From positions 1 to 28,844 of IMG/VR virus record IMGVR_UViG_3300025048_000008: a DNA stretch of 28,844 bases, one strand, 5' to 3'. The position numbers were made by a program, and so were the translations under genes. The first letter of the stretch is position 1, and every line of letters begins with the position of its first letter. The DNA comes from a virus. Lineage: Duplodnaviria; Caudoviricetes. This document shows positions 17,447-26,762 of this stretch, in pieces. The notes below the pieces were generated by a model. The model searched no databases. It was not told the origin of the DNA and saw only the letters and a list, made by a program, of their open reading frames with translations.

Positions 17447-17719
17447 TTAGTTTGCTGCAATATATGCTTTGCCAGTTGTAACTGCACCTGTATAGCTAGA
17501 CTTATCTGATGAGTCTCCTGCTACGTCTGGTGTTTCATCATCTGAGTCTACAGGTGCGTAAGCTAAAATAATTTCTAAGTGGTCTACGTTACGTTGTACC
17601 ATCTCGTTAATTTCTGCTTGGGTCATACCTGTCACATCATGTGAGTCACCATTGACAGCGTTGATAAGCGTTACGCTATCGGTTGCTGTGGTTAATACTT
17701 TTTCTACTGTTTGAGCCAT
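17447..17719 (-). CDS. Small acidic protein downstream of tail fibre (possible fibre accessory)
   Basis: AGGAG RBS; starts 3 nt after the tail fibre stop. Function inferred from position only. Confidence 0.7.
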   Translation of the reverse strand: MAQTVEKVLTTATDSVTLINAVNGDSHDVTGMTQAEINEMVQRNVDHLEIILAYAPVDSDDETPDVAGDSSDKSSYTGAVTTGKAYIAAN

Positions 17720-17722
17720 TTT

Positions 17723-20700
17723 CTATTCTCCTTTTAGAGCCAATAGCTCTGATTTTAATTCATCTACTTGCGTAGACAGTTCTTGTACTGCTTTAATTAA
17801 AGGATGTACAAACATTTCTTGTGATATAGCTTGTGACCCATCTTCAGAGTCCTCTTCCCAACCACCAAAAGTATCTACACCTGCTTTATCTAAAGCTGAT
17901 TTAACATCTTGAGCAATCATTCCATGCAGGGTTACGCCTGTAGTCATTTCATTGTTTTGTTTGTAATCTTTAAAATGTTCAGGAAACTCGTTATTAGGTT
18001 TCCATTCAAAAGTTACTGTTTTTAAATCATTGATAAAGTCTAGTCCAAGAACATCATCTTTAATGTTCTTTTTCTTTCTTTCGTCAGAAGTTCTTGTCCA
18101 AGAAGCATTACTATCAAAATTATTATGAACAATATTACTTGCTGTACCAAAACTAAATCGGTTGTTTGATGATGCTGCTGTTATATTAGACCCAATTACG
18201 ATAGCGTGACTGCTGTTAGTAGCTCCTGTTCTTGCTTGAAAACCGAGACAAGTATTGTTTGATGCACCCGATGCTAGATTACTTCCTGCTTCATCTCCAA
18301 TTGTCGTATTTTGAGAACCTGTTGTAACTGCACCTAAAGCTAAATAGCCGATTGCTGTGTTGTCATTTCCTGTAGTAACATTATCTGCAGCACCTTTACC
18401 AACTGCTGTGTTGGCTGAACCTGTAGAGTTATCTTCCAAAGCATCTTTACCAACTGCGGTGTTGTTATCTGCTGTGGTAGCACTGTCTAAAGAATTGTGA
18501 CCAACTGCGGTGTTACTAGTACCTGTGGTGTTATTGTACAAAGATTCATAACCAACTGCTGTATTACTATCTGCTGTGGTGTTATTGTACAAAGAACCTC
18601 TACCAACTGCTGTATTAAAATCACCTGTTGTGTTAGCTGAAAATGCTTGTTGCCCAAAAGCTGCATTTCTTGCTCCTGTCGTATTAGCATCACCTGTAAT
18701 TTCACCTACAAAAGTATTAAATCTACCTGATGTATTTGCTGCACCTGCATTTGCACCAATAAAAGTATTTTCTGCACCTGTTGTCGTGGCACTACCTGCT
18801 AAAGCACCAACAGCTGTGTTGTTAGAAACTGTGGAGTATTGTAATGCTCTGTGACCAAAAGCTGAAAGACCTGTTCCTGTTACATTTAAAGATAATGCAT
18901 CATCTCCAAAAGCGTTGTTACCATCTGCTGTAGTATTCGAACTTAAAGCACCCCTACCAACAGCATTGTTCTCATCACCTGTAGTATTTGACTGTAAAGC
19001 ACTTCTACCAACTGCCGTATTTTCTGTACCTGTGGTGTTTTGTTGTAAAGAATTTGAACCGATTGCAGTGTTGTTAGATGCTGTCGTATTAACTAATAAC
19101 GAATTTTCACCCATAGCGACATTATCTGAACCTGTTGTATTGTCTCTCATGGAGTTTTTACCAAAAGCATTGTTTTGTGCACCTGTGGTGTTTGCTCCTA
19201 AAGCATCAGTTCCTACTGCTGTATTGTTAGAAGCAGTAGTATTAGCATCTAATGCACCTTGACCTATAGCAACATTAGTTCCACCTGTTGTGTTTGTTGC
19301 TAAAGCATTTTGCCCCATCGCTACATTACCTGTACCAGTGGTATTTGATGTCATTGCATCTAATCCAATAGCTGTATTGTTTGAAGCTGTAGTGTTTGCT
19401 GCTAAAGCATCTTTACCCATAGCTACATTATTAGCACCTGTGGTGTTTAGATTTAAAGCTAGGTAACCCATTGAGGTGTTATTTGCACCTGTTGTAATTT
19501 GCGACCCTGCCGCAACACCTACCGCAGTATTGCCATCTGCTGTTGTAAGATTTTCTAATGCAGTTCTTCCTATCGCAGTATTGAAATCACCTGTGGTGAT
19601 AGCACCTCCTGCGTTATAACCTACAGCAGTATTTCTTACGCCTGTTGTAATCGCATCACCTGCTTGACTACCGATAAGGGTGTTTTGAATACCTGTGGTA
19701 AGTAAAGCACCTGTTCTGTTTCCTACAGCAGTGTTATGACTATCTGTGTTACTTGTAAAATTTTGAGTTTTTAAAGCTTCAAAACCAATAGCAACACTTC
19801 TATTGCCTTTTGTATCAGTTGTAAGAGCTTGATAACCTAATACTGCGTTTTTATGAGCATCTGTAAAATTAACACCTGCAAGACCACCGACTATGGCATT
19901 TTTAATTCCTGTGGTTACTGCTGAACCTGCGTTATAACCAACAGCAACATTGTAGCCATCTGCTCCTGCGTTTTGAGTAGCTAAAGCAGATGCTCCAATG
20001 GCTGTATTATTTCCATGTGCATCTTCAGTTTTAAGAGCTTCCCAACCTATAGCAACATTAGAATCAGCAGTGGTAATGGCTGTACCTGCATTTCTTCCGA
20101 TTACAATATTGCGATTTCCACCTGATGCTATTGAGTCACCTGCGTCTAAACCTATACGAACATTGTCGTCTCCTGCTGAAGCAGTAAGAAGGTCAGCACC
20201 AGTTGCAATAGTTACGATTGCTGCAAAGTTTGCTGCTCCGTCTACGTCTACTACATCTAGGTTAGCTGTTCCGTCTACGTCTATATCGCCTGAAATGTCT
20301 AGGCTAGTTGCTGTTACTGCTCCTGTTACAGTTACACCACCACTTGCTGTTTCAAACTTTTTAGAACCACCATAATAAAGGTCTACTGCTCCACCATTAG
20401 CACAAATAATATAGTTGGCATCAACTGCTGTATTAACTAATTGAAGGTTGTTTCCTGAAAGTCTTAAATGACCTGTTCCTTTATCTTGCACATAACTATG
20501 TGAACCATCATGGTAAATTTCTAAATCATTAGAACCACCAAAAACTGCTTTATCATCATCACCAAAATAAACATGGTCATTAACAGTTATGCCTTTGTTA
20601 AAGATAGCTTGTCCACCATTAGACATATCAAGGCTAAGAGCTGTAAATAAAGTTGTGTTTCCGTCCATTCCTTGAAATAAAATATCTTTATCTTGTGTAG

Positions 20701-22261
20701 CAGTTTGAAACTTAACCTCACCTGAATTATTTAGAATTTTTGCAAAGGTTGTTCCTGCTGCTTTAAATATATTTTCTCCATCACCAGCATCAATATTTAT
20801 TGCACCTGCACTATCAAGTGTCAGATTTCCACTACTTGTAGATATATCATTACCATTTATTGTGATATTATCAACTGTAAGAGTAGTTAAAGTTCCAAGA
20901 CTTGTAATATTTGGTTGTGCTGCTGTAGTAACTGTTGCTGCTGTACCTGTTGTGTCTTGATTAAGTGTGCCAATTACAAAGTCTAAAGTGTTGTCTGAAT
21001 CGTCATACGTAACTGCTATGTTAGTCTCTGTATTAGAGCTAACCATAGCTCCGACAGTATCGCTAATTGTTTCAGCTAGTGTTACACCTGCAATAGTTAT
21101 TGCATCGGCTTCTAAAGTTCCATCAATGTCTGCATCACCTGATACGTCAAGTGACCCTGCATCTAACTCACCACTAATGGTTATGTTTCTACCACCAGTA
21201 ATATCTTTGTTAGCATCTGTAATAATTGCTTTACTTGCAATAACTGTACCGTTTGTAATACCGTCTATAAGATTTATGTCTGCTGCACTAGCTGTAACAC
21301 CATCAAGGATGTTTAGTTCTGCTGCAGTTGATGTAACTGTTGTACCGTTAATAGATAGTGCATCTGTTTCAAGTGTACCATCAACGTCTACGTTACCACT
21401 TACGTCTAACGAACCTGCATCAAGTTCACCTGTAAGTGTAATGTTTCTAAAGCTTCCAATGTCTTTGTTAGCATCTACAACAACTGCTTTAGAAGCTGCT
21501 ACAGTTCCTGCAGTTACTCCGTCAATTGTTTCTAGTTCTGCTTCAGATATATCGGCTGAACCAATAACAAAGCTTGTAGCAGTAATAGCTGTACCTGTAA
21601 TTGCAGCAGCACTAGACCCACCGATTACTGTACCATCTATTGTACCAGCATTAATGTCTGCAGTATCAGCTACAAGGCTGTCAATGTTTGCAGTACCATC
21701 AATAAATAAGTTTCTCCATTCTTGTGAAGAGCTTCCTAAGTCGTATGTATTATCATCATCTGGTATAATGTTAGAATCTACATCAGCACCAAAGACTACG
21801 TTATCAGTAGCTGCATCACCCATAGTGATTGTACCACCGTTAAAAGTAGTTGTACCTGTAACTGTAAGATTACCACCAACACTTACGTTTCCGGTTGTGG
21901 TAACAGAATCAATGTACGCATTTTTAAAATATAAAGAACTTGTACCTAAGTCAACATCACTGTCTGTAACAGGTATAATAGCACCATCGGCTATGTATAA
22001 CTGCTGTACAGGGTTGCTTGATACTTGTACATAAAACTCAATAAAGTTATTGGTTGTATCTATTAATACTTTGTTATTGGGAGAAGTTTCTCCTGCGTCT
22101 CCAATTAATCCTATAACAGGACCTTCGGCTGCTGTGCCATCATGTTTGTGTCCGCCTGTATTACTAAATGCATTAAGTGTTTGGTTAAACTCGTTATTAA
22201 ATAATGCAGCAGTTATTGTGTCTCCATCTGAAAACGAACTTTGTCTTATGTATCCTGCCAT
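17723..22261 (-). CDS. Tail fibre with 17-aa beta-roll repeats and C-terminal intramolecular chaperone (peptidase S74-like) (1512 aa)
   Basis: N-terminal anchor (MAGYIRQSSF.DGDTI.A..FN.E..GHKHDG) and about 38 N-T-A-V-G-x2-A-L-x2-N-T-T-G repeats. C-terminal SDERKKKNI..GLDFINDL..F.WK..HGMIAQDV..PLIKAVQELS coiled coil. Confidence 0.9.
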   Translation of the reverse strand: MAGYIRQSSFSDGDTITAALFNNEFNQTLNAFSNTGGHKHDGTAAEGPVIGLIGDAGETSPNNKVLIDTTNNFIEFYVQVSSNPVQQLYIADGAIIPVTDSDVDLGTSSLYFKNAYIDSVTTTGNVSVGGNLTVTGTTTFNGGTITMGDAATDNVVFGADVDSNIIPDDDNTYDLGSSSQEWRNLFIDGTANIDSLVADTADINAGTIDGTVIGGSSAAAITGTAITATSFVIGSADISEAELETIDGVTAGTVAASKAVVVDANKDIGSFRNITLTGELDAGSLDVSGNVDVDGTLETDALSINGTTVTSTAAELNILDGVTASAADINLIDGITNGTVIASKAIITDANKDITGGRNITISGELDAGSLDVSGDADIDGTLEADAITIAGVTLAETISDTVGAMVSSNTETNIAVTYDDSDNTLDFVIGTLNQDTTGTAATVTTAAQPNITSLGTLTTLTVDNITINGNDISTSSGNLTLDSAGAINIDAGDGENIFKAAGTTFAKILNNSGEVKFQTATQDKDILFQGMDGNTTLFTALSLDMSNGGQAIFNKGITVNDHVYFGDDDKAVFGGSNDLEIYHDGSHSYVQDKGTGHLRLSGNNLQLVNTAVDANYIICANGGAVDLYYGGSKKFETASGGVTVTGAVTATSLDISGDIDVDGTANLDVVDVDGAANFAAIVTIATGADLLTASAGDDNVRIGLDAGDSIASGGNRNIVIGRNAGTAITTADSNVAIGWEALKTEDAHGNNTAIGASALATQNAGADGYNVAVGYNAGSAVTTGIKNAIVGGLAGVNFTDAHKNAVLGYQALTTDTKGNRSVAIGFEALKTQNFTSNTDSHNTAVGNRTGALLTTGIQNTLIGSQAGDAITTGVRNTAVGYNAGGAITTGDFNTAIGRTALENLTTADGNTAVGVAAGSQITTGANNTSMGYLALNLNTTGANNVAMGKDALAANTTASNNTAIGLDAMTSNTTGTGNVAMGQNALATNTTGGTNVAIGQGALDANTTASNNTAVGTDALGANTTGAQNNAFGKNSMRDNTTGSDNVAMGENSLLVNTTASNNTAIGSNSLQQNTTGTENTAVGRSALQSNTTGDENNAVGRGALSSNTTADGNNAFGDDALSLNVTGTGLSAFGHRALQYSTVSNNTAVGALAGSATTTGAENTFIGANAGAANTSGRFNTFVGEITGDANTTGARNAAFGQQAFSANTTGDFNTAVGRGSLYNNTTADSNTAVGYESLYNNTTGTSNTAVGHNSLDSATTADNNTAVGKDALEDNSTGSANTAVGKGAADNVTTGNDNTAIGYLALGAVTTGSQNTTIGDEAGSNLASGASNNTCLGFQARTGATNSSHAIVIGSNITAASSNNRFSFGTASNIVHNNFDSNASWTRTSDERKKKNIKDDVLGLDFINDLKTVTFEWKPNNEFPEHFKDYKQNNEMTTGVTLHGMIAQDVKSALDKAGVDTFGGWEEDSEDGSQAISQEMFVHPLIKAVQELSTQVDELKSELLALKGE
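18240..20170 (-). repeat. About 38 tandem 17-aa (51-bp) repeats in the tail fibre
   Basis: Counted in the translation. DNA-level identity at a 51-bp offset, e.g. ctgtggtgttattgtacaaaga at 18523-18544 and 18574-18595. Confidence 0.9.
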
Positions 22262-22265
22262 TTGT

Positions 22266-23870
22266 TTATCTCCTACCTGAAGGTATAAAATCTATATATA
22301 AACCATTTATTTTGTATGGTGCTTTTGTATCCTCTGTAACAACTGTAAAGTTATTACTTGTTCCACTACCTTGTACTGGTATTCTTATCATTGGTGCTGA
22401 AGTACCTCCAAACACCGTTGCATTAAAAACTGCATCTCCAAAGATTGCAGGTGGATTAACTGTGCCAAAAGAAAAGTCTCCTGTTGGCTGTGGAATATCT
22501 TGACTGTTAAAGTCATATTTAATTTGTAGTGCTGGAGTTACAACTCCTTCGGCTGAAACAGAAACTCTAACATAATGTAAAGTTTTTAAAGTTCCTAAGT
22601 CTCCGTAATCATAGTCTGGAGTGGAATATCTAGCAAGTATATTAGACCCATTAAAGTCATTGCCTGAATCGTGCACAAGCACAAAGCCGTCAGTATCACC
22701 ATGAAAATATTTCTCAACACTATTCTGATTAAAACCAGCTCCTATACTAGTTACTTCTATTCCTTTTGTTTCTGACCACTCAAACCCGTTTGGTCTAAGT
22801 GTTCCTATAATTCCTTTTTGTTGTGCATTGACAACACCTACGTCTGTATAAAATAATCTATACTGAGACTTTTCTCTAAGTACTACACTTGATATTACAA
22901 ACTTATCTATGTTTTCTGCTAGTGTTGTAATAATAGGTTGTATAGCTTTACTAACTGTACCTAACTCAACGTCTCCAATTCTTGCAGTACCAGCAACCGT
23001 TCTTAGTCCATCGGGTGCTAAGAATATAAGGTCACCACCTATCTCTTGAATACTGTAGCCTGATAGACACCCAATGTTCTTTGCCACTGGAATTACTACT
23101 GCTGTACCGTTTATATCTTGTAGCTTGAATATGCTGTTTCTACAAAATATAAAAAGTTCATTACGGAAACTTTTAATTCCTACTATCTGGTCTGATAAGG
23201 TTATAGAACCTGAGCCAGTACCATTAAAAGTTGTAGGGTCTAGTAGTGTACTATAAAATACTGTACTAAGATTATCTTCTACACCTGCTACAACTAAATG
23301 TTTATCGTGTATTTCAGAGTGTGTTGCAAACTTTGTACCTGTTACAGTTATCTCACCACTAAAGAATGTTCTTGTATTGATGTTAGCACCAGTACCCTCC
23401 ATTCTAAAAAAGTAGGGTTTGTTTGCTCCATCACATATAATTAATAAACCATAATCAAACGTAGCACCTTCAAACAATGAAAAGCTAATTTTGCCTTGTC
23501 CTGTTCTAGTAAGTGTACTACGACCTGTAAAGGCTGTATGATTATCTCCACTAGCATCTACTGAACTTCTACTTACGTTTAACCAACTTGTACCATCTTG
23601 ACTAAAAAATATTCCTGTCGATGCACAAGCTATAACACCATCTCCATAAGGTATTACCCCATGAATTGTATCTGTACTTCCACTTACTTGTGCAGCACTA
23701 CCAGCTCCTAATCTACTGTAGCCACTAATACGTCTGTAGCCACCCTCAATAGAAACTTCAAAGTTTCTTAAGTCTGTAGCTACACCGGGAGTCTTAAGCA
23801 AATCAATTTGATTGGTTGCTTTAACTAAACCACCGGCACATGCAACTGTATAAGGTTGTGATGCTGCCAT
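22266..23870 (-). CDS. Tail nozzle / tail tubular protein B-like (534 aa)
   Basis: Beta-propeller-like composition (NFEVSIEGGYRRISG, IGCLSGYSIQEIGGDLIFLAPDGLR). Lies between the adaptor and the tail fibre, as in podoviruses. Confidence 0.8.
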   Translation of the reverse strand: MAASQPYTVACAGGLVKATNQIDLLKTPGVATDLRNFEVSIEGGYRRISGYSRLGAGSAAQVSGSTDTIHGVIPYGDGVIACASTGIFFSQDGTSWLNVSRSSVDASGDNHTAFTGRSTLTRTGQGKISFSLFEGATFDYGLLIICDGANKPYFFRMEGTGANINTRTFFSGEITVTGTKFATHSEIHDKHLVVAGVEDNLSTVFYSTLLDPTTFNGTGSGSITLSDQIVGIKSFRNELFIFCRNSIFKLQDINGTAVVIPVAKNIGCLSGYSIQEIGGDLIFLAPDGLRTVAGTARIGDVELGTVSKAIQPIITTLAENIDKFVISSVVLREKSQYRLFYTDVGVVNAQQKGIIGTLRPNGFEWSETKGIEVTSIGAGFNQNSVEKYFHGDTDGFVLVHDSGNDFNGSNILARYSTPDYDYGDLGTLKTLHYVRVSVSAEGVVTPALQIKYDFNSQDIPQPTGDFSFGTVNPPAIFGDAVFNATVFGGTSAPMIRIPVQGSGTSNNFTVVTEDTKAPYKINGLYIDFIPSGRR

Positions 23871-23873
23871 AAA

Positions 23874-24641
23874 TTAAAAGTATTTTCTATCGTCTGTCAT
23901 AGTACGAGGAGTAGGATTAATCAAATTAGATTTCATGCTCCTCAATGCTTTCTTGTAATCGTCCATAGCAAACGCTGCTTGTTGTGGAGATTCTTTAAAC
24001 TGCCATACATAGTATCTGCTTTTAGCAGTTATAACATTCGTGTATTGTTCTGGGAATACAACTGTATCTCCGTGTGCTGAAAGCTTTGTAGGCTTTTCAA
24101 ACGCATAGAAGTGTACGTTGTAAACTTTATCAGGAATTGGACTTAAACCAAACTTCCTGCCATCTGGTGATTTAATAACTCTGCAAGGCTCACCATAAGC
24201 CTGTGAATCTGCATCGTCTATGTTCTCGTTGTCTCTGTAATATCTTTTCCAATCAGCTAAGTTTAAAAACTGTAGTCCTCTTGAGACAAAAGGAGCTGAT
24301 TCACCACTCACGTTAATGGTGGTTAAATAAAAATCATCCCAGTCTATCGAAGCGTAATCGTCTTGAACGCTTGAGCTACTAGCTTTTAACTCGTACCACC
24401 TAGTACCAGCCACTGTAGCCACCGTCACGTTTCCATAGAACGGGTCAGTTCCACCACTTTCGCCTACTGCAAAAAATGGTAACTGTGGTTCTTCATTTGC
24501 TATATCGAATATAGACTTGTTAATGGCGTCCTTAGTAAACTGCTGAAGTCCTACAGCACTTGTAAAGTTTGCAGACGTAAGAGGTATCTCATTGAGTTCT
24601 CTTAGTACTTCGTTAGTTAAATCTAAATATGTTGTTGCCAT
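23874..24641 (-). CDS. Head-tail adaptor / tail tubular protein A-like (255 aa)
   Basis: MATTYLDLTNEVLRELNE start and LSPIPDKVY.V.F...P..L....D...FPEQY motif typical of podoviral adaptors; position after the capsid genes. Confidence 0.8.
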   Translation of the reverse strand: MATTYLDLTNEVLRELNEIPLTSANFTSAVGLQQFTKDAINKSIFDIANEEPQLPFFAVGESGGTDPFYGNVTVATVAGTRWYELKASSSSVQDDYASIDWDDFYLTTINVSGESAPFVSRGLQFLNLADWKRYYRDNENIDDADSQAYGEPCRVIKSPDGRKFGLSPIPDKVYNVHFYAFEKPTKLSAHGDTVVFPEQYTNVITAKSRYYVWQFKESPQQAAFAMDDYKKALRSMKSNLINPTPRTMTDDRKYF

Positions 24642-24811
24642 TACTTACCTTTAGCTTTTAGTTTAGCTTTTTTACTTAAATCTTTAAAGTGAAATAGCTT
24701 TACACTTGTTTTAGTGTGAGATTTATTTGTATGTAAATCTCCGTTAGGCATTTTATGGGAAGTGCCTTTGTGTTCAGTTCCATCTCTTTTATAATGTGGT
24801 ACGCCTTTCAT
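24641..24811 (-). CDS. Small His/Lys-rich protein (56 aa), not in supplied ORF track
   Basis: Manual translation MKGVPHYKRDGTEHKGTSHKMPNGDLHTNKSHTKTSVKLFHFKDLSKKAKLKAKGK*. TAATG overlap with the adaptor start. Confidence 0.75.
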   Translation of the reverse strand: MKGVPHYKRDGTEHKGTSHKMPNGDLHTNKSHTKTSVKLFHFKDLSKKAKLKAKGK

Positions 24812-24813
24812 TC

Positions 24814-24966
24814 TTAGTTAGGCTTTGCTGTTGGCATTACAGATTCTCCACCTGCACCGTACATTAGTCTGCCTTTGTTAGCTTTTTTTCTTGACATCCC
24901 ACCACCGTAAACTTTCTTAGTTCTAGGTTTCATTTTAGTTTTAGGCATCATTTGTTTTTTGTACAT
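24814..24966 (-). CDS. Small Lys/Met/Gly-rich basic protein (50 aa), not in supplied ORF track
   Basis: Manual translation MYKKQMMPKTKMKPRTKKVYGGGMSRKKANKGRLMYGAGGESVMPTAKPN*. TAATG coupling to the upstream ORF, 2 nt gap to the downstream ORF. Confidence 0.7.
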   Translation of the reverse strand: MYKKQMMPKTKMKPRTKKVYGGGMSRKKANKGRLMYGAGGESVMPTAKPN

Positions 24967-25130
24967 TACTTTTTTTCCCCAATTGTTCTGATTTTATCTT
25001 GTTGATAATTCACTGTTAAACTTTCGTTGTATCCTGCCATGTCTTTACACATCTCTTCTTTCTCTTCGATAGAGTTATAATCAGATATGTTTCCACTTGG
25101 TTTTGGATTGCCTGTTAATGTTTCTTCCAT
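24966..25130 (-). CDS. Small hypothetical protein (54 aa), not in supplied ORF track
   Basis: Manual translation MEETLTGNPKPSGNISDYNSIEEKEEMCKDMAGYNESLTVNYQQDKIRTIGEKK*. AAGGA RBS 6 nt upstream. Confidence 0.7.
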   Translation of the reverse strand: MEETLTGNPKPSGNISDYNSIEEKEEMCKDMAGYNESLTVNYQQDKIRTIGEKK

Positions 25131-25142
25131 GTTTTTTCCTTT

Positions 25143-25170
25143 AAAAGTGGAGGAGTCCGAAAACTCCCCC
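25143..25170 (-). terminator. Rho-independent terminator after the 158-aa gene
   Basis: Transcript GGGGGAGU-UUUCGG-ACUCCUCC followed by ACUUUU (short U tract). Confidence 0.75.
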
Positions 25171-25205
25171 GTGTGACTGTTTCGTCAATACCGTTGACTG
25201 TATTA

Positions 25206-25682
25206 TTAACCCGCTTGAGTTGTAGTAATACCGTCTTGAACTTTACACTGACCATTTAGATACCAGTTTGTACCATCAGACCATACATGAACAAAATCTC
25301 CATGTACTGCCTTACTAGCTACAAACGAAATAGTATCTGCATCAGTAACTGTAGCGACTGAACCTGCTGCATCTTCCGGAGAAGATACGTTACCCACAAT
25401 AATATTAGCACTTGATGCTGTTACTACTGTATGAGTACCTGTTGGTTCTGTTGCTCCAACGTAAAACCAATACTCTAAACCTGCTGCTGGAGTAGGAAGA
25501 GTTTGAATTTTCGCTGCTGCTACGTTTAAAACGTAACGTGTGCCTGATTCGGCTGCTGTTATTGTATTCGCTGCGGTGATTGCTTCTGTGTCAGAAGGTT
25601 TCTGGACCTTAGTCGCTAACTCACGAACATCAGTTGTTCTTGCTGAGTTACGTCCAGTATCTCTTATATTTACAATTGCCAT
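25206..25682 (-). CDS. Probable capsid decoration / minor head protein (158 aa)
   Basis: Directly follows the MCP with a GAGGT RBS. Ala/Thr/Val-rich beta composition (TITAAESG...TLP.PAAGLEY.F...SDGTNWY) seen in virion surface proteins. Confidence 0.6.
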   Translation of the reverse strand: MAIVNIRDTGRNSARTTDVRELATKVQKPSDTEAITAANTITAAESGTRYVLNVAAAKIQTLPTPAAGLEYWFYVGATEPTGTHTVVTASSANIIVGNVSSPEDAAGSVATVTDADTISFVASKAVHGDFVHVWSDGTNWYLNGQCKVQDGITTTQAG

Positions 25683-25712
25683 GTTATTTACCTCTTAGTA
25701 AAATTATGCGTT

Positions 25713-25743
25713 AAAAAAAGAGGAGGAGTCCTAAGACTCCCCC
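25713..25743 (-). terminator. Rho-independent terminator after the major capsid gene
   Basis: Transcript GGGGGAGUC-UUAG-GACUCCUCC followed by UCUUUUUUU, 10 nt after the MCP stop. Confidence 0.88.
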
Positions 25744-25753
25744 AAGTTTGGTA

Positions 25754-26728
25754 TTAGTCAATACCGTAGAAAGCACCTACAATTGCTTCGTCTCTGAGTA
25801 CTTTCGCACCATAGACATGCAATCCTCTCACAATATCACCGAAAGAACTAGGGTCTCTAAGGACCTCAGTTGATGTTATTGATTGAGCAGTAGCTGTAGA
25901 TGAAATATGTCCAGCCAAACATTTACCAGCAGCATTAGATGGTGCAGCAATGTTGTTTGATTTATACATACTAAATCCACGTAGTTTTCCACTTGATACT
26001 AAACCATTTCTGATTGAGCCTTGTCCACCATTGTAGTCTACTGACAACAATTTAGAACTAGATTGTCCTAGAACTTCATAGAAATCAGGACTTGCAACAA
26101 ACCAACGACCTTCTTCAGGTACGTTCTGTTCGTCTAGTAGTCTTGACATTCTACCCATAAGGTCTAGAGGGTCATGTTCGTTAGAATCAAAACCGATGTC
26201 TAGGTTACCTGTACCGTCAAAAGTTCCAGCAGCTAAATCAGTAGCATTGTCAGAACCTAAAACGTGGTTAGGTGATGAAGCGGATAATCCAGCAAACATA
26301 ACAGCTAAGATAGCAGCATCATATGAATCTTTCAATGCATATGCAGCAGAGCTTGAAGCTACTTCTTTGAAGTTGACGTGTGACATTTTGCTCTCAATAT
26401 CATCTACGATGAATTTAAAAGCTTTAGCACTGTCAACAACCAAAGATGTTTCTTGGTCTGTTAGTTTAGTGGCAGTAGTATCGCTACCTCTTGTGTAATC
26501 TGACACAGAGATAACAGGTTCTTTGATAATCTTTACAGAGTCTCCATAAGCAGTGATCTCACCGGCATAGTCGGTGTTAGTAATAGCTTCGATAACAGAC
26601 GATTTTCTGAAAAAGTTTAAAACCTTTTTAGAGTAAACCGAAGGTAAAAAGAAACTATTAGTTTGTCCACTTACAGAGTTTGCAAAGTTAGCATTGGTAT
26701 CAGTTGAGGGTTCAAAATATTGAGCCAT
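25754..26728 (-). CDS. Major capsid protein (324 aa)
   Basis: FLPSVYSKKVL.FFRKSSV.EAITNTDY.GEI...GDSVKIIKEP, LDEQNVPEEGRWFV and RDPSSFGDIVRGLHVYGAKVLR. AGGAG RBS; follows the scaffold and is followed by a terminator. Confidence 0.93.
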   Translation of the reverse strand: MAQYFEPSTDTNANFANSVSGQTNSFFLPSVYSKKVLNFFRKSSVIEAITNTDYAGEITAYGDSVKIIKEPVISVSDYTRGSDTTATKLTDQETSLVVDSAKAFKFIVDDIESKMSHVNFKEVASSSAAYALKDSYDAAILAVMFAGLSASSPNHVLGSDNATDLAAGTFDGTGNLDIGFDSNEHDPLDLMGRMSRLLDEQNVPEEGRWFVASPDFYEVLGQSSSKLLSVDYNGGQGSIRNGLVSSGKLRGFSMYKSNNIAAPSNAAGKCLAGHISSTATAQSITSTEVLRDPSSFGDIVRGLHVYGAKVLRDEAIVGAFYGID

Positions 26729-26762
26729 TTGATATTCTCCTAAGTTTTTAGTTAATAATTAA

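Larger units (their letters stand above)
25143..25767. repeat. Imperfect 52-bp direct repeat (25143-25194 and 25716-25767), offset 573 bp
   Basis: aaaag(t/a)ggaggagtcc(g/t)aa(a/g)actccccc (25/28 identical), then 13 unrelated nt, then gtcaataccgt (11/11) in both copies. Confidence 0.85.

Noticed and set aside
17723-20170. Diversity-generating retroelement target/template repeats in the tail fibre
   Set aside because: The repeats are tandem 51-bp coding units. I saw no roughly 100-bp pair differing only at adenines, and there is no reverse transcriptase in the window.
20967-22034. 355-aa + strand ORF, and other + strand ORFs at 18576-20375 and 22050-22503
   Set aside because: Antisense shadows of the Thr/Ala/Asp/Gly-rich tail fibre and nozzle. 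The codon bias removes stops on the opposite strand, and no recognisable motifs are present.
25683-25756. T7 10A/10B-style frameshift or read-through fusing MCP to the 158-aa gene
   Set aside because: The MCP frame meets another TAA before the next gene. The downstream gene's frame has a TAA at 25695-25697 just upstream of its ATG, and it has its own RBS.
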